The notes: generated from the letters alone by a model not told the origin. A stretch of 64,000 bases of DNA from an uncultured Fidelibacterota bacterium (GCA_902526795.1 CABZMF010000001.1:280733-344732); one strand, 5' to 3'. Shown: positions 19,771-30,163, counted from the first letter of the stretch. Program-made: numbers and translations.

Positions 19771-21246
19771 ATGGAAAATAAAAGTTTAAAACAAATTATA
19801 GACAACCGACTTGAAAAGTTAAAAAAAATCCGCGAATTAGGGATTGAGCCTTACGCATATGAATATATTAGCTCTCATCACACATCAGAAATAAATGAAA
19901 AGTTAATTGATACTAAAGTTTCTTTAGCAGGAAGACTTATGTCTCTTAGAAAAATGGGTAAAGCATCATTCGCTAACATTCAGGACCAGGAGGGACGTAT
20001 CCAATTTTATATTGCAAGAGACGACGTTGGTGAAGATAATTATAATTTATTTAAACTAACGGATATAGGTGATTTTGTTGGGATTGAGGGCAAGGTTTTT
20101 AAAACTAAAACAGATGCATTAACAATTAAAGTTTCCCATCTAACAATCTTATCTAAAAACATAAAGCCAATACCTGATGTAAAAGAAAAAAATGGAGAGA
20201 AATATAATTTAGTTTCAGATAAAGAATTCAGATATAGAAAAAGATTTCTTGATTTAATCATTAATCCTGAAATAAAAAAAAATTATATAAAAAGATTTAA
20301 AATAATTAATTCTACAAGATCGTTTTTAAATGATCATGGATATATTGAAGTAGAAACCCCTGTATTACAACCAATATATGGAGGGGCAAATGCCAAGCCA
20401 TTTATCACACACCATAACGCATTAGATCAGGATTTTTATCTTCGTATTGCTACAGAATTGTATTTGAAGCAATTGATTGTAGGTGGATTTGAGAAGGTTT
20501 ATGAACTTTCTAAAGATTTTAGAAATGAGGGTATCGATAGGAGCCATAATCCTGAATTCACCATGTTGGAATTTTATCAAGCTTATTCAGATTATAATTT
20601 TATGATGGATTTTGTTGAGGAAATGTTCAAAAAAGTTATCAAAGATCTCGATATGAAAAAAATATCATGGGATGGCCATAAAATTGATTTTAGCAAAAAG
20701 TTTGCACGAAAAACTATGGGAGAACTAATTAAGGATCAAACTGGAAATGATATTGATATCTCTGACCATTCAGCCGTCTACAAGGTTTGTAAAGATTTAA
20801 AACTGGAGGTTAGTAAAAAAGATAGCTTAGCAACTTTAATCGATGAAATCATGAGAAGAAAAGTTGAACCTAATCTAATTCAACCTACATATGTAATCAA
20901 TCATCCTGTCGAAATTTCACCTTTAGCTAAAGTAAATAGAGATGGAGATAAAGATTTTACAGAAAGATTTGAATTATTTATTGCAGGAATGGAATTTGCA
21001 AATGGTTTTTCAGAGTTAAATGATCCAATTGATCAGAGAAAAAGATTTGAAGATCAAGCAAGAAAGAAAGATGGTGGAGATGAAGAAGCATTTCCAATTG
21101 ATGAAAACTTTCTTGAAGCGGTTGAGACTGGAATGCCTCCAACAGCAGGGGTAGGTATTGGAATTGATAGATTAGTTATGCTATTAATTGATACTCGATG
21201 GATAAGAGATGCCATAATTTTCCCTACATTAAAATCCCTTAAATGA
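19771..21246 (+). CDS. lysS: Lysyl-tRNA synthetase, class II
   Basis: 'FRNEGIDRSHNPEFTMLE' (motif 2) and 'GVGIGIDRLVMLL' (motif 3) are present. prfB-lysS synteny is conserved. Confidence 0.95.
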   Translation: MENKSLKQIIDNRLEKLKKIRELGIEPYAYEYISSHHTSEINEKLIDTKVSLAGRLMSLRKMGKASFANIQDQEGRIQFYIARDDVGEDNYNLFKLTDIGDFVGIEGKVFKTKTDALTIKVSHLTILSKNIKPIPDVKEKNGEKYNLVSDKEFRYRKRFLDLIINPEIKKNYIKRFKIINSTRSFLNDHGYIEVETPVLQPIYGGANAKPFITHHNALDQDFYLRIATELYLKQLIVGGFEKVYELSKDFRNEGIDRSHNPEFTMLEFYQAYSDYNFMMDFVEEMFKKVIKDLDMKKISWDGHKIDFSKKFARKTMGELIKDQTGNDIDISDHSAVYKVCKDLKLEVSKKDSLATLIDEIMRRKVEPNLIQPTYVINHPVEISPLAKVNRDGDKDFTERFELFIAGMEFANGFSELNDPIDQRKRFEDQARKKDGGDEEAFPIDENFLEAVETGMPPTAGVGIGIDRLVMLLIDTRWIRDAIIFPTLKSLK

Positions 21247-22391
21247 AGCTCGTATTATTTTTAATTAAAAAATTATTTATTTCAAAAAATAGTAGTTTAG
21301 TTTTTCGCCTTACAAACTTTATTACCATAATTAGTCTTTCATTGGGAGTTGCATCATTAAATATTGTTATAAGTTCTATTGATGGTTTCGAATCCGAAAT
21401 TTCAAAAAAATTATCAAATCTGAGTGGATATAGTTCAATTAATCATTTATTTGAAGATGAAATCATTCAAAACGAGTTTAATCAACCATTCATATTTGAT
21501 AAAATACCATATTTAGAAAAGGTAGCATTATTAAAATCAAAAAATGACTCCCAAAGCATCAATATAAATGCATATCCAATAAACGATTTTAATAAAATTG
21601 GACTATTCAATTCATTTGATTCTAATAAAATAAAAAATGAATCAATCATTATTGGAAAAAAATTAGCAGAAAATCTTGATCTAAAACTTGGAGATCAAGT
21701 AGTTATTTTCAATCCAAAAAAGCTTGGAAATTTTTCTAACCAAAATAGATATGACTTCTTTATTATAGCACATATTTATAATTCTGGTATAACTGAATTT
21801 GATGAGAAAAATATTTTTACTTCTTTAGAAAATCTTCAAAAGTATTTTAGTTTAGAAAATTATATTTCTGGATGGGTGAGCATAGACCCAAATGATGACA
21901 TTGTAGATTACCCTTTTTATGAAATGACTATATACGATAAGTATTCGAGTCTTTTTGACTGGATAAATACTCAAAAATGGCCAATTTTATTTATTTTTAG
22001 TTTAATTGCAGTAGTATCATTTTTTGGGCTTTTAAGTTCTTTAAGTATTTTATTTGATGAAAAGAAAATGGATTTCACAATACTCAAAATATATGGATTA
22101 TCTAACAAGTCAATTTCAAAGATATTTATTTTTCAATCAATGATCCTTGCATCGATTGGATCAACAATTGGTATATTGTTATCCTATGTTTTTATTCAAC
22201 TCCAGAATGAGTTTAAATTAATTAGTATTGAAAAGAATATTTATTTTGTTGATTACCTTCCTATGGAATTTAATCTTAGTAACTCACTTTTAATTTTCGT
22301 CATAAGTGTAATATTAAGTTTTATTATATCCGCTTCATCTGTAAAAAGATTTGCATACTTTAATCCAATGTATGTTTTGAGGAGCAAATGA
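21243..22391 (+). CDS. LolC/LolE-family (FtsX/MacB-type) ABC transporter permease
   Basis: It has an N-terminal TM, a periplasmic domain and a C-terminal FtsX-like 3-TM bundle. It overlaps its neighbours within the lol-like operon. Confidence 0.75.
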   Translation: MKLVLFLIKKLFISKNSSLVFRLTNFITIISLSLGVASLNIVISSIDGFESEISKKLSNLSGYSSINHLFEDEIIQNEFNQPFIFDKIPYLEKVALLKSKNDSQSININAYPINDFNKIGLFNSFDSNKIKNESIIIGKKLAENLDLKLGDQVVIFNPKKLGNFSNQNRYDFFIIAHIYNSGITEFDEKNIFTSLENLQKYFSLENYISGWVSIDPNDDIVDYPFYEMTIYDKYSSLFDWINTQKWPILFIFSLIAVVSFFGLLSSLSILFDEKKMDFTILKIYGLSNKSISKIFIFQSMILASIGSTIGILLSYVFIQLQNEFKLISIEKNIYFVDYLPMEFNLSNSLLIFVISVILSFIISASSVKRFAYFNPMYVLRSK

Positions 22392-23518
22392 AAATTTATT
22401 TATTAATCGCTAAAAGATTTCTATTTCCAAGAAATGATTTTCGTTCAAATACGATTAATTTTATATCATTTATTGGTCTTTTCATTGGCGCTGCTGCAAT
22501 AGTGTTATCTGTTTCTGTACTTAATGGTTTTCAAGGAATTTTACAAACTGAAACTAAAAAAATTTATGGTGATTATTTGGTTGAAAATATAAGCAATGCT
22601 GGTTTTTTTAATGATTTAAATATAGATAATGAAAATTATTCAATTTTCAAGGAGAATGAATTTCTAATTGTATCTAATAAAAAACAGAACTTAATTGAAT
22701 TTAAATCTGTATCTAATGAATCTTTGAATGATTTTTACGAACTTGATTTACAAAATAATTTCAAGGCATTATCCAACGAAGAGGTAATAATTGGTAATTT
22801 GCTTGCAAATCGACTAAATGTTGATATTGGAGATAGCATTCAATTAATATCTAAAGATTTTAAACTTAATCCCTATAGTCTTCCTGATATTTATGAGTTC
22901 AGGGTTGCAAATATTTTTTCAAATAGAATTTTAAGAGCTAATGATTTTTTAGTATTTGGAGTAAATAAAGAAATTTTCAAAAAAGCGAATCTCTCTGCAG
23001 AGATAAATGGAAATATTGGAAGCATTAATGATTCATCAACAACATTCTTATCTTGGAAAGATAGAAATCGTCAGCTTTTTGAAGCAACTGAAATTGAGAA
23101 AAAAATAACTTTTTTTACTTTATTGTTAATTATTATAATCGCCTCATTTAATCTATCGTCATCAATCATGCAGATTTCATCAAAAAAAATAAGGGATCTA
23201 GCAATTTTTTTATCAATTGGTATGAAAAAAAATGATATCAAAAAAATATTTATAATTTACAGTTATTTAATCGGGCTTTCTGCATTATGTGCAGGCATTC
23301 TTTTTGCTTTATTAGTAATTTTATTACAAAATAAATTATCATTAATAAAATTATCTCCTGAATTTTACTTAGTTGATACTTTACCAATGGAAATATTTGT
23401 TTTTGATATAGTACTACTTTTATTTGGTTCAGTATTTTTAATAGGAATTTTTACAAATGTTCCTTTGAGATTCATAAACAATTTGAGTCCTGTAAAAATA
23501 ATTAATAAACAATTATGA
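22388..23518 (+). CDS. LolC/LolE-family ABC transporter permease (second paralogue)
   Basis: It has the same architecture as the preceding gene and 4-nt overlaps on both sides. Confidence 0.75.
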   Translation: MKIYLLIAKRFLFPRNDFRSNTINFISFIGLFIGAAAIVLSVSVLNGFQGILQTETKKIYGDYLVENISNAGFFNDLNIDNENYSIFKENEFLIVSNKKQNLIEFKSVSNESLNDFYELDLQNNFKALSNEEVIIGNLLANRLNVDIGDSIQLISKDFKLNPYSLPDIYEFRVANIFSNRILRANDFLVFGVNKEIFKKANLSAEINGNIGSINDSSTTFLSWKDRNRQLFEATEIEKKITFFTLLLIIIIASFNLSSSIMQISSKKIRDLAIFLSIGMKKNDIKKIFIIYSYLIGLSALCAGILFALLVILLQNKLSLIKLSPEFYLVDTLPMEIFVFDIVLLLFGSVFLIGIFTNVPLRFINNLSPVKIINKQL

Positions 23519-24177
23519 TTGTAGATATAAAAAAACTTAAAAAAACTTTTTTAGATGGAAGTAAAAAACTTCACGTTTTAAAAGATATTAATCTTCAAAT
23601 AGATAAAGGTAGTATTGTAACAATAAAAGGTCCCTCAGGTTCTGGAAAATCAACATTATTAAGTATTATTGGAACCTTAGATAATGCTGATAGTGGAGAA
23701 CTTATCATTAATGGCATTAGTATTAAGGAAAACATCGATATCGATAAGCTTAGAAATAAGAGCATAGGTTTTGTATTTCAATTTCATAATCTAATTTCTG
23801 AACTTACCCTCCATGAAAATGTTAGTCTTCCAAGAATGATAGCCAAAGAACAATTAAACAAAGAGGAGCTAATCGAACTTTTTGAATACTTTAATCTTAA
23901 ACATAGAATGAATTCATTCCCAAATGATTTATCAGGAGGTGAAAAGCAAAGGGTTGCAGTCATGCGTGCTATTATTAATAATCCATCAATTATTATTGCA
24001 GATGAGCCAACAGGAAATCTTGATAAAGAAAATGCATTAAAAATGATGTCTCTTTTTCAAAAATTGAATACGGAAAAAAAACTCACAATAATTATTGCAA
24101 CGCACGATGAGCATATTTTTAATATCGGTCACAAAAAATATCAATTGGTTGACGGTGCTCTTAAATTGGTTCATTAG
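23515..24177 (+). CDS. lolD: LolD-like ABC transporter ATP-binding protein
   Basis: 'GPSGSGKST', 'LSGGEKQR' and 'IIADEPTGNLD' are present. Confidence 0.8.
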   Translation: MIVDIKKLKKTFLDGSKKLHVLKDINLQIDKGSIVTIKGPSGSGKSTLLSIIGTLDNADSGELIINGISIKENIDIDKLRNKSIGFVFQFHNLISELTLHENVSLPRMIAKEQLNKEELIELFEYFNLKHRMNSFPNDLSGGEKQRVAVMRAIINNPSIIIADEPTGNLDKENALKMMSLFQKLNTEKKLTIIIATHDEHIFNIGHKKYQLVDGALKLVH

Positions 24178-24225
24178 TATGACTTAATGGCATATAATTT
24201 GTCAATTATGTCATTAAATATTCTT

Positions 24226-24241
24226 TGGCACCATCTTTGCA
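24226..24241 (+). promoter_or_regulatory. Sigma-54 type -24/-12 promoter element upstream of dnaK
   Basis: TGGCAC-CATCT-TTGCA matches TGGCAC-N5-TTGCW at every specified position. It ends 37 nt before the dnaK ATG, and an AAGGAG SD lies in the predicted leader. Confidence 0.5.
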
Positions 24242-24278
24242 ACTATATAGTTGAAAAAAAATTTTAAGGAGAATTATA

Positions 24279-26189
24279 ATGGGAAAAATTATTGGTATAG
24301 ATTTAGGAACTACAAATTCTTGCGTTGCTGTGATGGAAGGTGGAGAACCAACCGTTATTACAAGTCCTGAAGGTGGTAGAACAACTCCTTCCGTCATTGG
24401 ATTTACAAAGGATGGAGAAAGGCTTGTTGGTGATCCTGCTAAAAGACAAGCAGTAACTAACCCAAAAAATACTATTTATTCAATCAAAAGATTTATGGGA
24501 AGAACCCCTGCCGAAATCAAAAAAGACATTCAAGAGGTGCCTTATAAAGTATCTGTTGATGGAAAAAAAATTAACGTAGAAGCAGATGGTAAAAAATATC
24601 AGCCACAGGAAATAAGCGCGATGGTACTTCAAAAAATGAAACAAATGGCTGAGCAATACTTAGGTACAACTGTATCAGATGCTGTAATTACAGTTCCAGC
24701 TTATTTTAACGATTCGCAAAGAAAAGCTACAAAGGATGCTGGAAAAATTGCGGGTTTAAATGTCAAAAGAATTATTAATGAACCAACTGCTGCTTCATTA
24801 GCGTATGGTTTTGATAAGAAAAAAGATGAAAAAGTTGCTGTATTTGATTTAGGTGGTGGAACATTTGATATTTCTATACTTGATATATTAAATGATGAAG
24901 GCCAAAGTATTGAAGTAAATGCTAGTAATGGTGATGGAAGGCTTGGAGGTGACGATTTCGACCAAAAAATTGTCGATTGGCTTGCTGATGAGTTCAAAAA
25001 AAATGAGGGTATTGATTTAAGAAAAGATCCAATGGCATTACAGAGATTGAAAGAATCAGCTGAAAATGCAAAAAAGGAGCTTTCTTCATCAAAACAATCA
25101 GAAATAAACTTACCATTCATTACTGCTGATTCATCAGGTCCTAAACATTTAAATATGACCTTAACAAGAGCAAATTTTGAACAATTAGTTAGTGATTTAG
25201 TCGAAAGAGTTGTTGCGCCCTGCAAACAAGCTTTAAAAGATTCAAAATTATCACCTTCAGATATCAATGAAGTTATTCTTGTTGGTGGTTCAACTAGAAT
25301 TCCAGCTATTCAGGATAAGGTAAAAGAGATTTTTGGTAAAGAGCCAAATAAAAGTGTCAATCCAGATGAAGTGGTTGCATTGGGAGCTGCTATTCAAGGA
25401 GGTGTTCTTGCTGGTGATGTTGACGATGTTCTATTACTTGATGTAACTCCGTTAACCTTAGGAATTGAAACAATGGGTGGCGTGTCAACTCCATTAATTG
25501 AGAAGAATACTACCATACCTACCCAAAAGTCACAAATTTTTTCAACTGCTGCTGATAATCAACCAATGGTTGAAATCCATGTTGTTCAAGGAGAAAGATC
25601 TCTTGCAAAAGATAATAAAAGCTTAGGAAGATTTCATTTAGATGGAATTCCTCCTGCTCCAAGGGGTACACCTCAAATCGAAGTATCTTTTGATATGGAT
25701 GCTGATGGAATCTTAAATGTCAAAGCTGTTGATAAGGCTACTTCAAAAGAGCAAAGTATTAGAATTGAAGCTCAGAGTGGTTTATCTGAACAAGAAATTG
25801 AAAAAATGGTAAATGATGCAAAAAAGCATGAAGCAGAAGATAAGGCCAAAAAAGAAGAAATTGATACTAGAAATCAAGCTGAACAACTTGCTTTTCAAAC
25901 TGAAAAACAAATGAAGGATTTGGATGATAAGTTATCTGAAGACGATAAAAGTGATTTGAAAGAAGCTTTAGAAAAGCTTAAAAAAGCTAGTGAATCATCA
26001 GTTGTTGAAGATATTAAATCAGAGATGGAAAACCTAAATTCTGTCTGGAGCTCAAAAGCTTCATCAATGTATGATTCTTCTAACGCTAATTCCGAACCAA
26101 AAGATTCTGTTAAAGACTCAGGTTCAAATTCAGAAACAAAAGATGACAAGAAAATTAAAGATGCTGATTTTGAAGTAGTTGAAGACTAG
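24279..26189 (+). CDS. dnaK: Molecular chaperone DnaK (Hsp70)
   Basis: 'GIDLGTTNS', 'DLGGGTFD' and '[11 protein letters not shown]' are present. Length is 636 aa. Confidence 0.98.
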   Translation: MGKIIGIDLGTTNSCVAVMEGGEPTVITSPEGGRTTPSVIGFTKDGERLVGDPAKRQAVTNPKNTIYSIKRFMGRTPAEIKKDIQEVPYKVSVDGKKINVEADGKKYQPQEISAMVLQKMKQMAEQYLGTTVSDAVITVPAYFNDSQRKATKDAGKIAGLNVKRIINEPTAASLAYGFDKKKDEKVAVFDLGGGTFDISILDILNDEGQSIEVNASNGDGRLGGDDFDQKIVDWLADEFKKNEGIDLRKDPMALQRLKESAENAKKELSSSKQSEINLPFITADSSGPKHLNMTLTRANFEQLVSDLVERVVAPCKQALKDSKLSPSDINEVILVGGSTRIPAIQDKVKEIFGKEPNKSVNPDEVVALGAAIQGGVLAGDVDDVLLLDVTPLTLGIETMGGVSTPLIEKNTTIPTQKSQIFSTAADNQPMVEIHVVQGERSLAKDNKSLGRFHLDGIPPAPRGTPQIEVSFDMDADGILNVKAVDKATSKEQSIRIEAQSGLSEQEIEKMVNDAKKHEAEDKAKKEEIDTRNQAEQLAFQTEKQMKDLDDKLSEDDKSDLKEALEKLKKASESSVVEDIKSEMENLNSVWSSKASSMYDSSNANSEPKDSVKDSGSNSETKDDKKIKDADFEVVED

Positions 26190-26232
26190 TTTTAGATTTT
26201 TTATTAATCTATAATTACTTAGTTTTTTAAGT

Positions 26233-27432
26233 ATGAATAGTACAATTGTTAAATTCTTAAAGACAGCTGTTAGCGTTGCTGTTGCATTCTTATGCTTTAC
26301 AGTTATTATATTACTAGCTTTTTACTTTTATCTTTCAGATGGAGTTGAGTTTAAGCTTGATAAATCAAATCAAACTTTAAATAGCCTAACAAAAAGATTC
26401 GAACTCGATTTTAAGGAAACTTCTTCAATTTACTTTAAAGCTAGAGAAGAAAATATTGATGCATATATCACATTAGAGGATGTAATAATTAAACGTTCTG
26501 GAAATATTTTAATCAATTCTAAAAATATAACTTTAAATACCACCCTAAATTTTGCTAAAACAGTACAGTTTGTATTTGAAATTGTTTTAAATAATAATAC
26601 AGATTTAAATTTGATTAATCCTGTAAGCATAAAGCTTCAAAATCCAGTTTATAACCTTGCTAGTATTAATAATCAAAAAGCTGAAATTGATAGAAGTGAA
26701 AGATTTTTTCCTGTAATTATTAAAGCTGAAAATGGAATTTTATTTGATGGAGATATAGAAATTGGTCAATTTGACTTAATCTTAAATTTAAACCAATATT
26801 CTGAAAATCCTACCATCGAAAAGTATAAGCTCAGATTAAAATCATCTGAAAACTTTCCTCTTAGTTATATTACTAAGTTTTTCGAAGATGTAGAAAGCAT
26901 TGGAGATTTAAAAGAAGAAGTATCATTTGACATTACTTTAGAAGATGCCAATGTGAATAGTTTTGATTTAACTCAAAAACTTAATGGAATAATTCAAATC
27001 AGAAATACTACATTGAGATTGAAAACTTTTCCAGTTGAATTAAAACCTGAGCCAATTAGAAGATTAGATTTAGATTTAAATATCATAAATAACATTGGAC
27101 AAGCAACTTTAGTTGGAACAGTGTACAATCCTAAAAAAAACTTGGGTCTCCAAACAGAGCCTAACTTACAGATTGGAGGAACTTTAAACTTTGAAGAAAT
27201 TTCGAAACCTGAACTGAATTTAATCGTTAATGGTTATGATATATACTTTGCTAAGCTCGAAAATTTGAACTTAAATGGTATCACGGATTTAACAGTCTCA
27301 ATAATTGGTAAAAATGTATTAGATTTACAGGGTTCCTTAAAGATTAAAAAAAGTAATGGTTTTTTAGTCCCATTAAAAGATACTGAATTTGAAACAAAAC
27401 ATAGAGTAAGAAACGGTTATGAAAAAAAATGA
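26233..27432 (+). CDS. Hypothetical N-terminally membrane-anchored, beta-rich protein (weak AsmA/TamB-like flavour only)
   Basis: It has a single N-terminal TM ('VSVAVAFLCFTVIILLAFYFYL') and an Asn/Leu/Ile-rich repetitive beta-type sequence. It overlaps the moxR start by 14 nt. I recognised no diagnostic motif. Confidence 0.5.
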   Translation: MNSTIVKFLKTAVSVAVAFLCFTVIILLAFYFYLSDGVEFKLDKSNQTLNSLTKRFELDFKETSSIYFKAREENIDAYITLEDVIIKRSGNILINSKNITLNTTLNFAKTVQFVFEIVLNNNTDLNLINPVSIKLQNPVYNLASINNQKAEIDRSERFFPVIIKAENGILFDGDIEIGQFDLILNLNQYSENPTIEKYKLRLKSSENFPLSYITKFFEDVESIGDLKEEVSFDITLEDANVNSFDLTQKLNGIIQIRNTTLRLKTFPVELKPEPIRRLDLDLNIINNIGQATLVGTVYNPKKNLGLQTEPNLQIGGTLNFEEISKPELNLIVNGYDIYFAKLENLNLNGITDLTVSIIGKNVLDLQGSLKIKKSNGFLVPLKDTEFETKHRVRNGYEKK

Positions 27433-28411
27433 ATTAGATAGACTAAATTCTAAAATTCAAAAGAAATCTATTTTTATTGAATCTTTGAGAGAAAACATTT
27501 CAAAAGTTATCGTTGGACAAAATGATTTAATTGATAAGATCCTAATTTCTATAATTTCAAATGGTCATATATTACTTGAGGGCGTACCTGGATTAGCAAA
27601 AACTTTAACAATTAACACGGTAGCTAATTTAATAAATGCTGATTTCAAAAGAATTCAATTTACTCCAGATATGCTCCCTTCAGATTTATTAGGTACACTT
27701 ATTTATAATCAAAAGACGGGAGAATTTAACACGAAAAAAGGTCCTATCTTTTCAAATATTATTCTTGCTGATGAAATCAACCGTGCTCCTTCAAAAGTTC
27801 AAAGTGCTTTATTGGAATCTATGCAAGAAAAACAAGTTACAATTGGAGATAACACTTATAAACTATCAAAACCATTTTTAGTATTAGCTACTCAAAATCC
27901 AATTGAACAAGAAGGTACTTACCCTTTACCCGAAGCACAAGTTGATAGATTTATGATGAAGGTAATTATAGATTATCCCTCAATTGATGATGAAAAAGAA
28001 ATCATTCATAGAGCCAATACTCAAACTGATAGTAAAATAAAATCTGTTATAAAAACAAAAACAATTCTAGATGCACAAAATCTTATTAATGATATATACA
28101 TAGATTCAAAAATCTCAGAATACATTTTAAATATCGTTTTTGCTACAAGAAATCCGAAAGAATATAATTTGTCAAAACTTATCGATTTAATTTCATTTGG
28201 AGCATCTCCAAGAGCGTCAATAAATTTAGTTTTAGCATCAAAAGCTAAAGCATTTATTGATGGCAGAGGTTACGTCATTCCCGAAGATATAAAGTATGTT
28301 GCTAAAGATATTTTGAGGCATAGAATTTTACTTACATATGAGGCTGAGGCAGAGGACATTACTTCCGAGGATATTATTGATCAACTTCTTCAAGAAGTTC
28401 CTGTTCCTTAA
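27419..28411 (+). CDS. MoxR-family AAA+ ATPase
   Basis: 'EGVPGLAKT' (Walker A), 'ILADEINRA' (Walker B) and 'ATQNPIEQEGTYPLPEAQVDRF' are present. Confidence 0.93.
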   Translation: MKKNELDRLNSKIQKKSIFIESLRENISKVIVGQNDLIDKILISIISNGHILLEGVPGLAKTLTINTVANLINADFKRIQFTPDMLPSDLLGTLIYNQKTGEFNTKKGPIFSNIILADEINRAPSKVQSALLESMQEKQVTIGDNTYKLSKPFLVLATQNPIEQEGTYPLPEAQVDRFMMKVIIDYPSIDDEKEIIHRANTQTDSKIKSVIKTKTILDAQNLINDIYIDSKISEYILNIVFATRNPKEYNLSKLIDLISFGASPRASINLVLASKAKAFIDGRGYVIPEDIKYVAKDILRHRILLTYEAEAEDITSEDIIDQLLQEVPVP

Positions 28412-28421
28412 TAATTAAACA

Positions 28422-29300
28422 ATGTCAAAAGAAATTCTCAAAAAAGTTCGTCGAATTGAAATAAGAACTAAAAATATCGTTAATGACTTTTTTGGTGGAG
28501 ATTATCACTCAAATTTCAAAGGAAGAGGAATGACTTTTTCTGAAGTAAGAGAATATGTTCCTGGTGATGATGTTAGATCTATTGATTGGAATGTAACAGC
28601 CAGAACTGGAAAACCGCACATTAAAATTTTTGAAGAGGAAAGAGAGCTATCTGTATTAATTCTTATCGACGTTAGCAGTTCTGGAGTTTTTGGTTCTAAA
28701 AAAGACTTAAAAATTGATTTAGGTATCGAAATTGCAGCTATGTTAAGTTTTTCAGCTATTAAAAATAATGATAAAGTTGGACTCGCATTATTCAGTGATA
28801 AAGTTGAAAAATATATTCCACCAAAAAAAGGAAAGAAACATGTCTTAAGACTTATTACTGATATTATGAATCATGATTTTGATAATAGCAATAAACGTAC
28901 TTCAATTAAAAATGCAATTGATTTTGCAAACAAGATATCAAAAAGAAAAAGCGTAATCTTTATAATTTCAGATTTTATAGATGATAATTTTTGGAATGAA
29001 CTAAAATTTTTAAATTTTAAGCATGATGTGGTTGGATTACAGATTTATGATTCTTACGAAAAAAATTTCCCTGATATTGGTCTAATAAACATTCATGACT
29101 CGGAAAGTGGTAATTCTACTTGGATTGATACATCAAGTAAAAAAAATAGAGAGAGATTTAAAAAAAATTCAAATGAGAAGCTTAATAATTTTTCAAAAAA
29201 ATGTAAAAATATTGGTTTTGATTTATTACAAATTAATACAGATGATGATTATATAAAGTTTCTCATGCAATTTTTTAGATCAAGAGCAAAAAGAAGCTAA
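28422..29300 (+). CDS. DUF58-family protein (vWA-like MoxR partner)
   Basis: It has 'VREYVPGDDVRSIDW' and sits directly downstream of moxR, as in Bat operons. Confidence 0.85.
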   Translation: MSKEILKKVRRIEIRTKNIVNDFFGGDYHSNFKGRGMTFSEVREYVPGDDVRSIDWNVTARTGKPHIKIFEEERELSVLILIDVSSSGVFGSKKDLKIDLGIEIAAMLSFSAIKNNDKVGLALFSDKVEKYIPPKKGKKHVLRLITDIMNHDFDNSNKRTSIKNAIDFANKISKRKSVIFIISDFIDDNFWNELKFLNFKHDVVGLQIYDSYEKNFPDIGLINIHDSESGNSTWIDTSSKKNRERFKKNSNEKLNNFSKKCKNIGFDLLQINTDDDYIKFLMQFFRSRAKRS

Positions 29301-30163
29301 TGAAATGTTTTATTTTAATTTCTCTAATTTTTATTTTTTCTTGCCAAGAAAATATAAAAGATCCCAGTATATTTTTCAAAACTTCCCCTGAAGCTACTCA
29401 AATTGGTTATCCAGTCACTCATAACATAACTATTAATGATTTAGGAGATTTATATAGTCTTGATTCAGTTGAATGGGCAGATTCGTCTTTATGGTTGTCT
29501 GATTCTTTAAAAGTTTTTATTAAAGAATCACAAATTGATACTTTTAAAAATTCAATATCTATTAATTATCAAATTACTTTTTGGGATACAGGTACAGTAG
29601 TGATACCACCTTTAAATGCTAATATTAGCTTTCCAGATTCTGTAAGTAGTACGATTTTTAGAACAGACTCATCATTTGTTTATGTATCAACAGTTATCGA
29701 TAGTTCAATGAAGAATATTATTGATGATAAGCCACTTAAAGATATTCAATTTCCAATTGAAAGATTAAAGTTGTTTTCATTGTTTTTAATAATAATTTTT
29801 ATTCTACTTGTTGCTCAATTAATTAGGAAAAGAAACACTAAAAAATTGTTAAATAGAAATTTTTTTAATTTTAATCCAAAATCAAAAGCCTTAAATGACA
29901 TTAAAAAAATTGATTTAACAAAAAATTCTGAAGAATTCTTTTTTGAAATTTCAGAATTACTCAGGAAATATTTCCAAAATAATTTTTATATAATATCTTT
30001 TGAAATGACTTCGTCAGAATTAAAAGAATTTTTTAAAGATAAAGATCTAAATAAATTATTAAATGAGATAGACCAAGTGAAATTTGCCAAAAAAGACCCA
30101 AACTTAGCTCAAAAAAAAGAAATTCTTGTTCTTCTAAAAAAAGTTATAAGAAAACTTCTATAA
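29300..30163 (+). CDS. BatD-like membrane lipoprotein (tentative)
   Basis: It has a lipoprotein signal 'LISLIFIFSC', an extracytoplasmic beta domain, one central TM ('LFSLFLIIIFILLVAQLI') followed by a basic stretch, and a cytoplasmic tail. It follows DUF58. Confidence 0.45.
   Translation: MKCFILISLIFIFSCQENIKDPSIFFKTSPEATQIGYPVTHNITINDLGDLYSLDSVEWADSSLWLSDSLKVFIKESQIDTFKNSISINYQITFWDTGTVVIPPLNANISFPDSVSSTIFRTDSSFVYVSTVIDSSMKNIIDDKPLKDIQFPIERLKLFSLFLIIIFILLVAQLIRKRNTKKLLNRNFFNFNPKSKALNDIKKIDLTKNSEEFFFEISELLRKYFQNNFYIISFEMTSSELKEFFKDKDLNKLLNEIDQVKFAKKDPNLAQKKEILVLLKKVIRKLL

Noticed and set aside
24701-25267. A 188-aa ORF antisense to dnaK. Similar long antisense or alternate-frame ORFs occur at 1188-1442, 2911-3213, 15710-16009, 16055-16396, 35440-35823, 39160-39477, 40768-41109, 47893-48249 and 7258-7476.
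   Set aside because: All lie entirely inside strongly supported conserved genes. Their translations are low-complexity (Ser/Phe/Leu/Ile-rich) with no recognisable motifs. They are typical shadow ORFs.
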